A DNA stretch of 64,000 nt from Candidatus Micrarchaeia archaeon (GTDB lineage Archaea > Micrarchaeota > Micrarchaeia > CAILAH01). The notes beneath the pieces were generated by a model. That model worked only from the letters and a program-made list of their open reading frames with translations, made no database searches and was not told where the DNA came from. Both the position numbers and the translations under genes were made by a program. Where the stretch lies: NCBI GenBank assembly GCA_038874595.1, contig JAVZCB010000002.1, positions 64,001-128,000 on the forward strand. Direction: 5' to 3'. Within the stretch, counting starts at the first letter, position 1, and every line of letters begins with the position of its first letter. This document shows positions 45,814 to 55,700 of the stretch, one piece after another.

Positions 45814-47082
45814 ATGCTAGACATTGATATGTTCAGAAAAAACGCTGACGCAATCAAGGACAGCGAGAGGAGAAGATTCAAGGACCCCACAAAGGTGGAT
45901 GAGGTCCTGCGTCTTGATTCTGAATGGAGGGATGCACTAAAGCAGCTGGAGCTGCTCAGGAACAAAAGGAACATTGTATCTGAGGAAATAAACAAGATGA
46001 AGAAGGAGGGAAAGGAGGGTATCCAGGGCAAAATTGAGGATATGAGAAATGTTAATAGGGAGATATTAGAGCTTGAAAAAAGGTGCGAAGAGCTGCTTGC
46101 ACAGAGGGATGCTGTCAGGTATGGAATAGGGAATATATTACATAAGGATGTCCCCGTGGCTAAGGATGAAAGCGGTGCAAAAACAGTAAGAGAATGGGGA
46201 AAAATCGAGGAAAAGCCATTCAAGCCAAAGAGCCACGTTGACCTGCTTTTGGAAAGGAAGCTCATTGATATTGACACGGCAGGTGAGATAAGCGGTGCAC
46301 GGTTTTACTTCCTTAAAGGAGAGCTGGTGCGCCTTAATTTTGCACTTATCAATTATGCAATGGATTTCCTAATAAATGAAGGGTATACTCCTATGCATAC
46401 GCCTTTCATAATGAGAAAAGAGTATATGAAAAGGGCGGCAGAACTCTCAGATTTTGAGAATACCTTGTACAAAATAGATGGGGAAGATGCGTTCCTGATT
46501 GCAACAGCCGAGCAGCCACTTGCGTCATACTACGCAGATAAGATCTTAAATGAGGAAGAGCTGCCCATAAAGCTTGCGGGGTTCTCAACCAATTTCAGGA
46601 AAGAGGCGGGTGCACACGGAAAAGATACGAAAGGGATATTTAGGGTACACCAATTTGAGAAGGTTGAGCAGTATATATATTGCTTGCCAGAAGAGAGCTG
46701 GGATTGGCACGAAAAACTTATTAGAACAAGCGAGCGCCTGATACAGGGCCTGGGGCTGCCGTACAGGGTTGTTGACATTGCGAGTGGTGATATGAACGAT
46801 AACGCGGCAAGAAAATATGATATTGAAGTGTGGATGCCTGTGCAAAATACATACAGGGAACTGGTATCCTGCTCAAATACCACCGATTACCAGGCGAGGA
46901 AGATGAACGTGCGTGTGCTCAGGAAAAGCGGTGAAAAGCAGGTAGTCCATACGCTCAATTCAACTGCGCTGGCAACTGAGAGGACAATTGTGGCAATAGT
47001 TGAAAACTTCCAAAACGAGGATGGGACTATAACAATCCCCCGGGCACTCAGGAAATATATGGATAGCAAGGACAGAATATAA
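45814..47082 (+). CDS. serS: Seryl-tRNA synthetase (bacterial/standard type)
   Basis: MLDI N-terminus, coiled-coil arm, LIATAEQP, FRKEAG, IFRVHQFEKVE, ELVSCSN, HTLNST. Confidence 0.96.
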   Translation: MLDIDMFRKNADAIKDSERRRFKDPTKVDEVLRLDSEWRDALKQLELLRNKRNIVSEEINKMKKEGKEGIQGKIEDMRNVNREILELEKRCEELLAQRDAVRYGIGNILHKDVPVAKDESGAKTVREWGKIEEKPFKPKSHVDLLLERKLIDIDTAGEISGARFYFLKGELVRLNFALINYAMDFLINEGYTPMHTPFIMRKEYMKRAAELSDFENTLYKIDGEDAFLIATAEQPLASYYADKILNEEELPIKLAGFSTNFRKEAGAHGKDTKGIFRVHQFEKVEQYIYCLPEESWDWHEKLIRTSERLIQGLGLPYRVVDIASGDMNDNAARKYDIEVWMPVQNTYRELVSCSNTTDYQARKMNVRVLRKSGEKQVVHTLNSTALATERTIVAIVENFQNEDGTITIPRALRKYMDSKDRI

Positions 47083-47191
47083 TGGGAGTTATTTGGGCTG
47101 AATAGCCTTAGGAGGTATTTCCGCACCGCTTCTCCTAACATCCAATCTGATTTATAAATGTTCCGCACAACACAATATTAGAGGTGTGCAT

Positions 47192-47587
47192 ATGGTAAAA
47201 TGGGAAACTATTGCAGAATTCTCCTTCCTGCTCGGTGTTTTGCTGGCGGTTTTCGTTGGCACGATGAATGCAGGAAATGATATGTCATACAACCTACTTA
47301 TGGCACTTGGTGTTATAGTCGGTCTCGTGAACATATTTGATTCGCAGCTGGAAAGGTTTCTGAAGGCGCTCACATATATGCTAATCTGCACAATAACATT
47401 CTATGTGCTTGCAACGCTCTCCGGTAATCCGATGCTGATGTTCTTTAAAGAGCTTTCAACCGCAATTGCGCTGTTTATAGCACCTATAGTATTTGTGCTC
47501 TCTGTGATAGATGTTTACCAGATAGCGATGGACTATAGAGAGAAAAAGGAAAGGGCTGCAAAAGCAGGTGCAAGAAAGAGAAGATAA
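47192..47587 (+). CDS. Small 4-TM hypothetical membrane protein
   Basis: FLLGVLLAV...LGVIVGLVNI...RFL pattern; basic C-terminal tail; GAGGTG RBS. Confidence 0.7.
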   Translation: MVKWETIAEFSFLLGVLLAVFVGTMNAGNDMSYNLLMALGVIVGLVNIFDSQLERFLKALTYMLICTITFYVLATLSGNPMLMFFKELSTAIALFIAPIVFVLSVIDVYQIAMDYREKKERAAKAGARKRR

Positions 47588-47610
47588 TTTTTTCCCATTT
47601 TTCATAATTT

Positions 47611-48417
47611 TTATTGTTGTGCCTTTGATATTATTCCAGCCAGTTCCGTGCCTATTTCAAGGATTTCATTATTGCTGAGCTCAAAGATGCGTTTTGAAAG
47701 GCCGTATTTATCAAACTGTTTTGGTATGGCGACGGGCTTTTTGCCTGCGACCTGCTTAAGTATTACCTTAAGTGAGGAGGCAAGCGTTTTCGGCCGATGC
47801 TGGAAAAGCATCGTTATTGCTGATGAAACTTCTTTGCTGAGTGGTGCAACCTTCTTAGGGACGAGCTCTATGAGCATTGAATCAACCTTTGGCACCGGCC
47901 TGAATGCTTGGCGCGGGACTGTAAATAGTGGCTCCATATCAAAGTAATACTGGCTGAAGAAAGACAGGCGCGATTTAACTTTGCCAGCCTCAAGCATTTT
48001 TAGGCAGAACTCTTTCTGGTACATCAGCACCGCACGCTTAAACCTCCAGTCAAGCAGGCGGAAAGTAATTTGCGAAGAAATATAATATGGGATATTACCG
48101 CAAACAATGTCTACTTTGAATGGAGCAATCCCAAGAAAATCCCCTTCTATCACTTCAACATTATATCCTTCAAATTTATTCCTGAGAATGGAGGCATATT
48201 CCGCATCTTTCTCGATTAGGAAAAGCTTTTTTGCACCAAGCGAGATGAGCCTTTCTGACAGCCTGCCATCTCCCGCACCTATCTCAACAATAGTCTTCTG
48301 GGAAGGGGCAACCAACTCCGCCTCAGCATCAAGATACTGTGCACTTGAAAGAAAACACTGGCCAAGTGATTTACTTCTTTTAAGGAAAAACTGCCGCCTC
48401 GATGTTTCACCTGACAT
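47611..48417 (-). CDS. ksgA: 16S rRNA m6,2A dimethyltransferase KsgA/Dim1
   Basis: SLGQCFL, VEIGAGDG, GNIPYYISS, FRPVPKVDS. Confidence 0.92.
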   Translation of the reverse strand: MSGETSRRQFFLKRSKSLGQCFLSSAQYLDAEAELVAPSQKTIVEIGAGDGRLSERLISLGAKKLFLIEKDAEYASILRNKFEGYNVEVIEGDFLGIAPFKVDIVCGNIPYYISSQITFRLLDWRFKRAVLMYQKEFCLKMLEAGKVKSRLSFFSQYYFDMEPLFTVPRQAFRPVPKVDSMLIELVPKKVAPLSKEVSSAITMLFQHRPKTLASSLKVILKQVAGKKPVAIPKQFDKYGLSKRIFELSNNEILEIGTELAGIISKAQQ

Positions 48418-48421
48418 GGTT

Positions 48422-48994
48422 TTACCTGTACCTTGCAGGCCTTACAAACAAGTAATACTTTGAGCCTTGGAGCTCTTCCTCAACCCTCTGCGCAAGGAAA
48501 TCTGGAAGCCTGTTTATGTGTATACGCTTTTCGATATCCATGAAACTCTCGAATGGCTTCTTTGAGCGCTCTTCAACAATCGATGTCATTATTTTCTTGC
48601 CTATGCCGGGGATAAGCTCAAGCTGGTGGACGCGAATATTTATCGGGCCGCTCCTGTTAAAGAAGTCAACAAATTCCTGCTCCCTCAACGAAATTATCTT
48701 TGTTATGACATCGTGCAGGCTGCTTCTTGACGCGGAAGTAAGGTCATTAAAAAACACGCGGCCTTTTATACTTGCAATCTTATCACGCTCGCCCTTCCCG
48801 ACGTAAACACGCTCGCCAACTGTGAATGTCACACCTACTTTTGGGTAGGCTTCGAGTATTGTGAAAAACTTCTCACCAATAAGCTGTACAACGGGCTGCC
48901 TACGCGGGTCATCTGACTTACCGTAGGGAAGAAAGTCCAGGACGTATGCATTCTCTTCCATCTGCTTCTCAAATGATGCGCGCTCTTGCTCCAT
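48422..48994 (-). CDS. DUF655 family putative RNA-binding protein
   Basis: EENAYVLDFLPYG, HQLELIPGIGKK, PFESF; conserved position after rpoF. Confidence 0.9.
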   Translation of the reverse strand: MEQERASFEKQMEENAYVLDFLPYGKSDDPRRQPVVQLIGEKFFTILEAYPKVGVTFTVGERVYVGKGERDKIASIKGRVFFNDLTSASRSSLHDVITKIISLREQEFVDFFNRSGPINIRVHQLELIPGIGKKIMTSIVEERSKKPFESFMDIEKRIHINRLPDFLAQRVEEELQGSKYYLFVRPARYR

Positions 48995-49003
48995 ACAAAC
49001 AAC

Positions 49004-49336
49004 CTACAACGCAGACAATATGTCAAGCACCTGCTTTGCCTGGGCGCTCGTTATATCGCGTTTCTCCTGCTGAAATATAAGCTTAACTTCCTCCTCGGTC
49101 TTTGGCATGAGATCAATCAGCTTGACTGCCATAGCTTCGGAAGCAAACTGTAAATCTGCTATCTTATGCATAAGCTCGTGCGCTTTCGCGACACTCACGT
49201 GGCTGTACTTCTGTGCATAGTCAAGCGTAGCCTTCTGCTCAAAGCCAAGCTCGCCTTCCTTCTGCCTTTCCTCAAGTATATTTGCAACTTCACAGAGCGG
49301 AACCGCCCTTGCACTCTTTATCTCCTTACCTATCAT
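49004..49336 (-). CDS. rpoF: DNA-directed RNA polymerase subunit F (Rpo4)
   Basis: MIGKEI...LGFEQKATLDYAQK...AVKLIDLMP; synteny with rpl21e. Confidence 0.9.
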   Translation of the reverse strand: MIGKEIKSARAVPLCEVANILEERQKEGELGFEQKATLDYAQKYSHVSVAKAHELMHKIADLQFASEAMAVKLIDLMPKTEEEVKLIFQQEKRDITSAQAKQVLDILSAL

Positions 49337-49354
49337 CGCCACACCATTTTTGCG

Positions 49355-49633
49355 TTATCGTGCCATCTCAAGATGGACTGGCTGGGAGATAAGCCTCTTC
49401 TTCATCCCACCGTCCTGTATCTCAACGATGTATGAGCTGCCTTGCTTGCCAACGATGGTGCCATGCTTGCCCCTATATCGAGGGTGAGGCATGCCGCCGT
49501 GGCCTGCCTTAATGCATATTGTTACCTTGTCGCCTTCCTTAAATACCTTGAACACCTTTGTTACGCCCAGCCTGCCCTGCGATTTGAGAGACCGCGTATA
49601 TGTAGATAATGTTCCTCTTGACCGCTTAACCAT
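49355..49633 (-). CDS. rpl21e: 50S ribosomal protein L21e
   Basis: MVKRSRG, FKEGDKV, GMPHPRYRGKHG, KRLISQPVHL. Confidence 0.95.
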   Translation of the reverse strand: MVKRSRGTLSTYTRSLKSQGRLGVTKVFKVFKEGDKVTICIKAGHGGMPHPRYRGKHGTIVGKQGSSYIVEIQDGGMKKRLISQPVHLEMAR

Positions 49634-49754
49634 TTTAAACAACCTTCCCCACACTGCTGATGGATGTGGTTTCTACCTGATGGGATATTTGGGTTTTAAT
49701 ACCTTTTTAAACTTAACTTGATAGTTATATATATGTATTTAAAAAGGTGGTTGT

Positions 49755-50045
49755 ATGCCTAAAAAACCAAAAAGAATTCCTCAACCAAAGTTCAGGATTG
49801 AAAACATCGTAGCATCAGCAGCGCTTAATGTTGAGCTTGACCTTTACTCAATTGCTATGGAAGTCGATGATGTGGAGTATGAGCCGGAGCAGTTTCCGGG
49901 TGCAATACTCAAGCTGAAAAACCCAAAGGCATCGCTCCTGCTTTTCAAGAACGGCAAAATCATATGTACAGGTGGGAAGAGCGAGGAAGAAGTTAAAAAC
50001 GCAATAATGCGCGCAATTAAAATCCTCACACCATACATAAAGTAA
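49755..50045 (+). CDS. Single-repeat (half) TATA-binding protein
   Basis: IENIVASA, YEPEQFPGAI, LLFKNGKIICTGGKS form one TBP repeat only. AAGGTGG RBS; TAA stop abuts the convergent dhs gene. Confidence 0.85.
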   Translation: MPKKPKRIPQPKFRIENIVASAALNVELDLYSIAMEVDDVEYEPEQFPGAILKLKNPKASLLLFKNGKIICTGGKSEEEVKNAIMRAIKILTPYIK

Positions 50046-50050
50046 CCTTA

Positions 50051-51004
50051 TTATCTTTTTGATTTTGTGTTTTTTGGTGCAACTTTTTCGTGTAATGACA
50101 ATGCTAGCAGCGGGAATGAGATTGACGCCTCGTCATTGACAAGGACGTGCTTTGCAGAAGGCCTTATCTTGCCCCAGCTTATGGCCTCGTGCGGGAACGC
50201 TCCGCTCAGTGAAGCATCAAACTCTTGCGCTGTTGAGATGTATACTGCCCGCTCTAGGCCTTCGCGCAGCAGGTTAACCCCTATCGTGTAGTGCTTAACT
50301 GCACCTCCACCTATTATGAATGCGCCTGTGCGTTTTGCATTCAGTGTTGTATTTGCAAGGTCACTCATATCTGCGAGCTGGTCAAGAACAAACCCGGGAT
50401 GCTTCTGCCTGTAAAAATAGAGCTGCAGGCCAAGCGCGCCATCTATTATTGATGGGCAGAACACCTTTGCACCCACATCGCGGGCTGCTTTAAGGATTGA
50501 GCCGTTATCGGTTATGCCCTCTGATAATGCATTTATAAGGCCGCGCACAGATACCGGCTTGCCGCCACTTTGCGAGTCCAGAGACTTAATTATGGGCTGT
50601 ACGTAAGATTCAAGTTCTTCGTACCTCTCATTGGGCACAAATATATTCCCTATGCGATTCAGCCCTTTTCTCCTAAGATCAGAATCGTCCGAGTTGAAAC
50701 TGCCAAGGAAAAAGCTACCTTTGCACTTCATTATGTCTTCCTCAATCGCACCTGCTGTCGTTATTATTACGCCTGGCCTGGCATCGCGGATAAACTGTGC
50801 TGCAACTTCGCGCAGCCCCGAGCTAGCTATGTTTGATGTAAAAGAGAAGAAGAGGAGGGTTTCATCATCGGAAACCATCTCATATAGTATCTCATCTGCA
50901 GCTGAAAGGTTGGTTGCCTGGATACCTATCGTTTTATATGCACGAAGCAGTTTCGAATAAGACCTAACATCCTCAAAATCAAAACCTTGTATTTTATCTT
51001 CCAT
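50051..51004 (-). CDS. dys: Deoxyhypusine synthase
   Basis: GIQATNL, FTSNIASSGLRE, TTAGAIEED, NRIGNI, GGGAVKH, SLSGAFPHEAISWGKI. Confidence 0.93.
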   Translation of the reverse strand: MEDKIQGFDFEDVRSYSKLLRAYKTIGIQATNLSAADEILYEMVSDDETLLFFSFTSNIASSGLREVAAQFIRDARPGVIITTAGAIEEDIMKCKGSFFLGSFNSDDSDLRRKGLNRIGNIFVPNERYEELESYVQPIIKSLDSQSGGKPVSVRGLINALSEGITDNGSILKAARDVGAKVFCPSIIDGALGLQLYFYRQKHPGFVLDQLADMSDLANTTLNAKRTGAFIIGGGAVKHYTIGVNLLREGLERAVYISTAQEFDASLSGAFPHEAISWGKIRPSAKHVLVNDEASISFPLLALSLHEKVAPKNTKSKR

Positions 51005-51084
51005 AAAAACCAATCCGCCGCTGAGCGGCCAATGAGATGTTACTCATAAAGAATAAAAAATAATACGCACTTAAAACTTTGCGT

Positions 51085-51207
51085 GCCCCAGTAACTCAGA
51101 CTGGTAGAGTGCGTCCTTGGTAGGGCTTTTTCTTTGGCAAGGAAAAACCATGGAAAAAGAGCAATCCGGAAAGGACGAAGTCGGGAGTTCAAATCTCCCC
51201 TGGGGCT
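51085..51207 (+). tRNA. tRNA-Thr(GGU) with 49-nt intron (51123-51171) at canonical 37/38
   Basis: Acceptor GCCCCAG/CTGGGGC with U73; D-arm ACTC/GAGT; anticodon stem CGTCC/GGACG; loop TT-GGT-A|A; T-arm GGGAG-TTCAAAT-CTCCC; BHB-like TTGG:CCGG central helix; CCA not encoded. Confidence 0.92.
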
Positions 51208-51233
51208 TTGTTTGCAAAATATAAGGTGGAGCT

Positions 51234-51812
51234 ATGGTAGGAATAGTTGAGCCATTTATACTTCTTCTCGTGATTATGGACCCTCTGGTTAGTATGAGTG
51301 CGTTGCTTTCGATTGTTGGGAACAAGGATGGGAATGAAATTAGAAATATTGCAGTAAAAGCTGTTTTTGTTGCAGCGCTTGTATTCTTCCTGTTTGTATT
51401 GGGCGGCGAGATGGTCCTTGATGTACTGGGAGTTAACATAAACAGCTTCAAGGCCGCTGGAGGAATCGTGCTTGTGCTTTTGGGAGTACAGATGGCGCTC
51501 GGCATCTCATTCCGCAAAGAAAAGAAGGACTTGAGCAGTGCGGCCGTTGTGATCGGCACACCGCTCATTACCGGGCCGGCAACAATAGCCACAACCATCA
51601 TACTTGTAAAGCAGGTTGGGGTTATTAACACGTCTGTTAGTGGTGCGCTTGCGCTTCTTGTTGTCCTTTTCTCATTGCTGCTGGTGCGCCCAATAAGCAA
51701 GTTTTTGGGAAAAAATGGTATGCAGGTCCTTTCCACAATGATGGGTATTGTAACTATTGCCTGGGGTGTCCAGTTTATGCTAAGTGGCGCATCCGCTTTC
51801 CTTGGCGTGTAG
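51234..51812 (+). CDS. MarC family membrane protein
   Basis: LLVIMDPL, SFKAAGGIVL, TPLITGPATI, MGIVTIAWGVQF. Confidence 0.9.
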   Translation: MVGIVEPFILLLVIMDPLVSMSALLSIVGNKDGNEIRNIAVKAVFVAALVFFLFVLGGEMVLDVLGVNINSFKAAGGIVLVLLGVQMALGISFRKEKKDLSSAAVVIGTPLITGPATIATTIILVKQVGVINTSVSGALALLVVLFSLLLVRPISKFLGKNGMQVLSTMMGIVTIAWGVQFMLSGASAFLGV

Positions 51813-51828
51813 GGATGGAGGTTGTATT

Positions 51829-52014
51829 ATGTGCAAAGATACTGTAAATGTTGAGTGCTGCTGCGGCTACAAATTGCCTTTGAAAAAACATTCTGGGGAA
51901 AATTATACCTTTTCTGCAAAATGCAGGTGCGGTCGGTACTGGATTCTTGAAGATATGAGTGAGGGGTTAAAGGAAAATATACGTGATGATGGCGAGCTTG
52001 AGGATATGTTCTAA
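51829..52014 (+). CDS. Small zinc-ribbon-like protein (CxCG...CxCG)
   Basis: GGAGG RBS before ATG at 51829; ECCCG and KCRCG pairs; acidic tail. Confidence 0.55.
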   Translation: MCKDTVNVECCCGYKLPLKKHSGENYTFSAKCRCGRYWILEDMSEGLKENIRDDGELEDMF

Positions 52015-52019
52015 TTTTA

Positions 52020-52634
52020 CTAGTACGGTACTATTTGTTTCAGCTGGTCAAGCCTTGAAATTGCAAAATCTGCGCCCAACTCATTAATTTTTTTAGGTTC
52101 GGTTATTTTCTGGGCAGTTATTCCAAACCCGTTCTCCTTTGCGGCAAGGAGTACGCTCTTCGTATCATCAACCACCACAGCATCCCCTGCAATATAGCCG
52201 TGCGCGTCAAGATAGCGTTTCACTATAGTGAACCCTTCCTCTTTTGTAGATGCCATAGCATCTGTGCAGAAGACGTGCCTGAAAACATAATCAATCTTTG
52301 ATTTCTGCAGGAACAGGTGCAGCGGCCTGCTGTAGAAATGCGTATACAAAAAAACATCGCCTATCTCATCAAGCGAGAATAGGGACTGGTCTATAAACTC
52401 TACCATTTTTGTGGTTGCATACTCAAGCCGGCTCTCGTAATCTACACGCTTGCTGGCTAATAAAGATGAGAAATCGCGCTCTGTTGCCCTGCCTTCACAA
52501 ATATCAAAATAGGCTTTTTTTATTTCGGCGTGCTCAGGCCTTCCCTTAAACTCCGGCACGAGAAAGTAAGAGAGAAAATGCGGGTTGTCAACAACAACCC
52601 CAAATAAGTCAAGTATGATTGCACGCCTCACCAT
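52020..52634 (-). CDS. HAD-superfamily hydrolase
   Basis: IILDLFGVV motif I, K in motif III, VVVDD...AAKENG motif IV. Confidence 0.7.
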   Translation of the reverse strand: MVRRAIILDLFGVVVDNPHFLSYFLVPEFKGRPEHAEIKKAYFDICEGRATERDFSSLLASKRVDYESRLEYATTKMVEFIDQSLFSLDEIGDVFLYTHFYSRPLHLFLQKSKIDYVFRHVFCTDAMASTKEEGFTIVKRYLDAHGYIAGDAVVVDDTKSVLLAAKENGFGITAQKITEPKKINELGADFAISRLDQLKQIVPY

Positions 52635-52729
52635 ATTATATTAAGAACGCATAAGTGTTAAAATAATACCAGCTGCCTGAACACTGCCCCCGCTGCTCCA
52701 GCGCTGAGTGAGAGGTTGGTGTGTCACAA

Positions 52730-55700
52730 TTACCTGAACACTACCCCTGGAGGGGATGAGTCATCGCCTGGAAGGTGCGGCTTATACCCAAGCGGTGGCT
52801 GGGTGGATATTTCATTGTTACTGCTTGAGATTTCTTTTGTGTCCTGCCCATGTTTAGCGTTCCTCTGGCTTTCCTCAGCTTTTCTCTGGAATTCCTTGTT
52901 TATTATTATCTTACCGCTGTCCTCTGAAAGGTAACCCTTCTCTATAAGCTCATCAACAGCTACGCCCACCCTGCCTTTAAATTTAGGTATCATTTTAGGT
53001 GCACCGAAGATTACCAATACTTCGCGTGGGATATCCTCACGCGCAATGCTTATCGCATTGCTTACCACAAGAAGCACTGCAAGCCGTATCTCTGGTGCTG
53101 GGATATAATTGAGCGGGCGGATTTCAGCATCACTTCTCCTTATGTTAAACATAAACCTGGGCTCGCCTGGCCAATACAACTCACCATCAATTTTTATGTC
53201 CTGGCACGGCAAGTGCAAGTTGAGAACTTCATCAAACCTGTTCCTTGCACGCACACCATCCTTGACACCGTAACACTCAAAAATGCGCTTCATCAGCAGG
53301 TCGCGATGTATCGGCCCTTCAGATTTTATGATATCGCGCACACTGTTAAAGAAGTCAGTCTTCATAAAATCGTCAGGTGAGCCGAGCATGGGGCACACGA
53401 TTGTAGGATATTCTTTTATTGCAAATGAGAGCTCGTTATCTGCAAGCAGTTGGCGCTGCCTGGTGCCTTCGTGGTTATCCTGCGCCCGGGTGATTTTCGC
53501 ATCAGGAATTTTAAGGTGCTCAAGTATGCGCTCGGCCTCCTTATCTGGGTTAAGCACCCAGTCATAAGACCATATACGGTGAACCTTCCAGCCAAGAGAT
53601 TCAAGAACCTCGCGCCTGAGCCTGTCGCGGTCACGTGTGCTTTTTGCGCTGCCATATGCCTTGCTATCAAGCTCAATAGCGAGCAGGTAACGGTTGCTAT
53701 CCTCGCTGCTCTTGACTGCAACATCTATGTTGAACCTTGAGCTGCCAACACTTTTATCAACCATAAGGCCATAGGAGAGCAGTTTCCTGTAAACCGCTTC
53801 TTGCAGCTCTGAGTCAAACTCGCTTTGCCTCTTAACCTGTGCTTCGCCTGCTCGCGCATACTGCAAGTATTTCTTGAGCAGGAGTATGCCTTCACTGCCA
53901 ACGCGCAATTCGTTGATATCTTCTGGTAATATTGAAGATACAACTTTGATGCGTTCTATTGCTCTGGATATTGCAACGTTAAGCCTCCGCACGCCGCCAT
54001 CACGGTTGAGTGGGCCAAAGTTGAGTGATAAGTTTCCCTCAGCGTCACGGCCGTAGCCTACGCTCAGTATTATTACATCGCGCTCGTCACCCTGTACTGT
54101 CTCAAGGTTTTTCACGAAAAACCCGCGCAGGTTGCTGCCGTTAAGGAATCTTTGGTATGACGGGTGCCATGTAATAAAGTGGTCAAGCTCTTCAAGTATC
54201 GCCTGCTGCTGTGCAATGCTAAATGCGATTACGCCGAGTGATTTCTCCGGCGTCGTATCATAATGCTGCTTAATGAGCTCAACCACCTTCTTTGCCTCAA
54301 CGCGGTTCTGGCGGCTGCCTCCACGCTCATACACGCCGTTGTGAACGTATACAAAGTCGATTGCAAAGCTATCAACCAGGTTGTTCGGGAAGGTTATAAG
54401 GTCCCCATTATAGAAATACTTGTTTGAGAAGTCTATCAGAGATTCATCCTTGCTCCGGTAATGCCAGCGAAGCATATGTGTTGGGAGGGCTGCAGACGCC
54501 TCATCGAGTATGCTTGCTGCCTCTTCCATTCCCTCTTCAATATCAAGGTCCTCATTAACTTTGAAGAACATCGTGGGAGGTAGCTGCTTTGAATCGCCAA
54601 CTATTATCACCTGCTTGCTGCGTATTATTGCGCTTATTGCATCCTCAACCATAACTTGAGATGCCTCATCAAATATTACTGTATCAAATTCGATTACATC
54701 TGGGTCAATGAACCTGGCGACCGAAAGCGGGCTCATCATAAAGCACGGCTTAAGGACGAATACAAGGTTCTTTATTTCTGAGAACAGCTTGCGCAGTGGC
54801 TTGTGCCTCCTGCTCTTGCTTATCTCCTTTGAGAGTATACCTACCTCTGAGCTGCGCGATGTCAAGCTTATCTTTGGCTTTTTTGCCTCAATCATCTCAA
54901 TGATGCGGTTGCGCGAATAGAACTTGTGCTCCCTATCACTTTCAATAAACTTGCTGTATACCGTGTCCAGGTACTCGCGGCTCTTCCTTGCAATCTCTAC
55001 ATCCATCTGTGAGAGGCACTCCTGCAAGAAGACCTTTTCGTAAAGCTCGCTTAACTTGTAGTTGCGCTCCTCGATTGAAATATATTTATCAAAAACTCTC
55101 CTCGGCTCTGGTGATAGCTTGTCCAGGGTTGCCTTAAACTCAACCCATTTTGATATCTCGCCGGCTTTATTAGAGATGTATTGGAGCCGCTCCTCGAGCC
55201 GCTCCCAGGACGCAGAGAGCAGGAGCCGTTCTGATGCCTCCGTCTCAAAGTATTCGCTTATTGCTAAGTAACTATCCGTAAGTGCGCTTGCATGCGCCGA
55301 AAACTTCTGCGCCAGTGATGCAAAGTCGGCGCCGTCACACACAGAGCGGATAAGCCGGCCGTTGCACATACCTTCAATTGATTTGAGACCCCGTATCCAG
55401 GAGAATATTGCCTGCAGCTCGGCTGGTTCCAGCCGCTCCTCCTTTAGGATACTTTTTATCTCACGCTCCTGTTCTGAAATTTCATTCCAGATGCCTTTGC
55501 ATAACATTGCCTTGCGTATATCGTTCGCCATCTCCTCGTGTGTCAAGTTGGCCTTCTCAAGAAGCAACGCGTGCATATGGTTAGAAATCTTCTTGTACCG
55601 CGGGTCCACCCACCGAACCACCTTAACGGAATACAATCCATCTAATTTTGATACCATATCCTCAAGCTCGTGGTATGAGTGGTTCAGCAGGTTTTCCTTA

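Noticed and set aside
49640-49690. Possible C/D-box sRNA or structured leader (TGATGG...CTGA; repeated CTGATGG) upstream of rpl21e
   Set aside because: The C box is non-canonical, the element is too short for a two-guide sRNA, and I cannot support it without a covariance search.
50030-50060. Frameshifted or read-through second TBP repeat
   Set aside because: The sequence after the TAA is the 3' end of the convergent dhs gene; no second NIVAS/FPG motif is seen there.
51112-51125. Reading the tRNA anticodon as TGG (Pro)
   Set aside because: The stem CGTCC/GGACG places GGT at 34-36, and G1-C72, C2-G71 and U73 fit archaeal tRNA-Thr.
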